Of a stretch of DNA of 64,000 bases, positions 61,713 through 64,000 are shown piece by piece. The stretch comes from Octopus vulgaris. Lineage: Eukaryota. How positions within the stretch are numbered: the first letter of the stretch is position 1; each line of letters opens with the position of its first letter. The stretch covers positions 7,440,001 through 7,504,000 of the forward strand of contig OX597826.1 of NCBI GenBank assembly GCA_951406725.2, read 5' to 3'. The translations under genes were made by a program, and so were the position numbers. The notes beneath the pieces are model-generated. The model ran no database searches, had not been told where the DNA came from, and saw only the letters and a program-made list of their open reading frames with translations.

Positions 61713-63620
61713 TACAAAGGAAGCAAGAAGGATGTAGGAAGAGTTCTCAGAGTTCCAAGGTTCACCTGAATAAAAGTTTTGAGGCATTGTAAAAAAAAAA
61801 CATCATACAAGCATGTCTATGGTTTGGATTGATTTTAAGAAGGCATATGATATGATGCCTCATTCTTGGATCGTTGAATACTTGCAGATGTTTGGAGTTG
61901 CTGACAAGAACACAAATTTTCTGATGCATTCCATGAAAGAGTAGAAAGCCAAATTGTTCTCAAGTAATGTATTCCTTGGAGAAGTTAATATTAAAAGGGA
62001 AATCTTCCAAGGTGACTCGTTTGCTCTGTGACTATTTGTAATTGCACTAATACCCATAACAATGACACTTAGGAAATTTAAGATGGGTTACAGATGTGGG
62101 AAGAAGGGTCCATCGTTGAACCATCTTTTGTTTAGGGATGACCTGAAATTGTTTGGGAAATCTGAAAAACAGATAGATTCCTTAACCAAACAGTCCAGAA
62201 GTGTGGTAGAGGCATCTACATGGAATTTGGGATTACCAAATGCTCAGTACTTAATATGAAAACAGGGGAGAAAGCAGCCTACAGAGGATTGCGGTTACCA
62301 TCAGGAGACACTGTGGGTGAACCCGACGGTAGTGGGTATAGATATTTAGGGATTTTGGAGCTGGATGACATTCTACACAAAGAAATGAAAGTCAAGGTCA
62401 GCGAGGCGTTTCAAAAAAGTGTGAAGATGATTGTGAAATCCAACCTGAACGCCAAAAATTTGATTACCACAATGAATATCTGGGCAGTTGCGGTGAACAG
62501 ATATAGTGCGTCCATCTTGAAATGGACTAAGGAGGAAATATCAACACTGGATAGACGGCCAAGAAAGTTGATGACGCTGCATGGGGAGCTACACTCTAAA
62601 GCAAACATAAAGAGTCTGTATATGAAAAGAAAGAATGGCAGCAGAGAACTAATTAGTATAGACCATTGTATAAGGTGTGAAAGGAGAACGCTTGCCGTGT
62701 ATTTGAGAAATAGTGATGAAGACTTGCTGCAATATGCCGCGAAAGATATGAGTGTAAATGCAGATGAAATGTTGAACAAGGTAGAGTTTAACCAAAGAGT
62801 TGAGGAGAAGAGAAAAGAAGACCTTCTTGAAATGAGAATGCATTGACAATTTGAAAGGAATACACGGGACGTTAAGGATAATACAGCATCGTGGGCATGG
62901 CTTGAGCGAGGTGATTTGAAGCGCACCAGCGAAAGCCTGATCATTGCTGCACAAGACTAGGCTCTCGCTACCAATTCAGTGAAGTATAGCATCTATAAAA
63001 CTTCTGACACCCAGAAATGCAGACACTGTGAAATCAGTGTGGAAAATGCGACCCACATTGATAAGTGGATGTGAGAGCCTTGCACAAAAAGAATACAAGT
63101 GCCGCCACGATAAAGTGCGTGTGTATCTTCATTGGCTCTTATGCCATAAATGCTAATAGGAAGTAACAAGAAACCGGTATGAACAAGTACCAAGTAAAGT
63201 TATGCAGGATAATGGGAAAATAACGATACACTGGGACTATGGTTTTCAGATGGATCGTGTAATCAAACACCGTCGGCCGGATATTGCCATATGTAACAAG
63301 CGAGACAGATACTGTCAGATAATTGATGTAGCCATACCAAATGACATGAATGCTGTGAGTAAAGAGGTTGACAAAATCACCAAGTACTTCGAACTGGAAG
63401 TGGAAATGGCAAGACTGTATGGAATGCGAGAGGGTAATGTAAAAGTGATACCAGTGATACAACTGGAAATCCCATGCAAGATTGATGTCTTACAAAAAGC
63501 AGCCTTATTGGACGCAGCGAACATCTTAAGGAAAGTATTATCTAGTTGAGGTCCTTGTTGTGACTTGACAGATGACTAAAGACTCCGGTGTATTTTTACT
63601 TACACTGTGTTGCCAAGGAA
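61713..63620 (+). mobile_element. 5'-truncated R4/Dong-like LINE (RT, CCHC, restriction-like endonuclease), pseudogenised
   Basis: WIDFKKAYDMMPHSW, IFQGDS, LNHLLFRDDLKLF, YRYLG, CRHC..HI..GC, RPDIAIC..IIDVAIP..K..KY, ILRKVLSS*; several stops and frameshifts; (AAC/AAT)n tail at 63620-63680. Confidence 0.93.
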
Positions 63621-63681
63621 TAATGATAACAACGATAACAACAACAACAACAACAACAACAACAATAATAATAATAATGAT

Positions 63682-64000
63682 ACAGTACCAGATATTGGCT
63701 TTCATTGCTTCTGATCTTAACTGATTGGAAGTGTTATGTACATTGTTTTGTACATAAGATGGCATAGGCACACACCAGAAAAGGTCACAGAAAACGAGAA
63801 AGCAACCATACAGTGGGATATGCCGATACACACAGATAGAGAAATTAAGGCCAACAGACCAGATATAGTTTGTCAGAGATCCTGAAGAAAAAAAATGCTT
63901 TCTAATTGATGTATCAATACCGGCAGAAGACAACGTGTCTCTAAAAGAAATGGAGAAACTTTCAAAATACAAAGACCTGGAAATAGAGGTAACCAGAATG
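63682..64000 (+). mobile_element. Second R4/Dong-like element (RLE region), runs off the window end
   Basis: From about 63754: HTPEKVTENEKATIQWDMPIHTDREIKANRPDIV(fs)RDPEEKKCFLIDVSIPAEDNVSLKEMEKLSKYKDLEIEVTRM. It could continue into a peptide like the one at 3641. Confidence 0.88.

Overview
AT-rich, microsatellite-saturated eukaryotic DNA. The SINE families and repeat landscape look like Octopus or another cephalopod (recalled similarity, not verified). I find no supportable host protein-coding gene; nearly all ORFs in the track are translations of simple repeats or antisense of decayed retroelements. The window is a retroelement mosaic: three tRNA-derived SINE families (A, B, C), a young 5'-truncated CR1-group LINE whose 3' stem-loop is shared with SINE-B, at least five R4/Dong-like RLE LINE families at (AAT)n tracts, Penelope-like element (PLE) remnants including a Naiad-like one, older RTE/Tx1 debris, a Tc1/mariner derivative, a TIR MITE with telomere-like repeats, and a Gypsy LTR+PBS scrap. 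The most interesting signal is a set of short non-coding elements embedded in (TA)n/(AAT)n microsatellites that carry type-I hammerhead ribozyme motifs (at least four sequence families, most copies with core mutations). One family has a tRNA-like Pol III head. Several of these microsatellite-embedded elements show a recurring fold-back insertion geometry, and one has captured a copy of neighbouring DNA. All coordinates and alignments were made by eye; ends are approximate.
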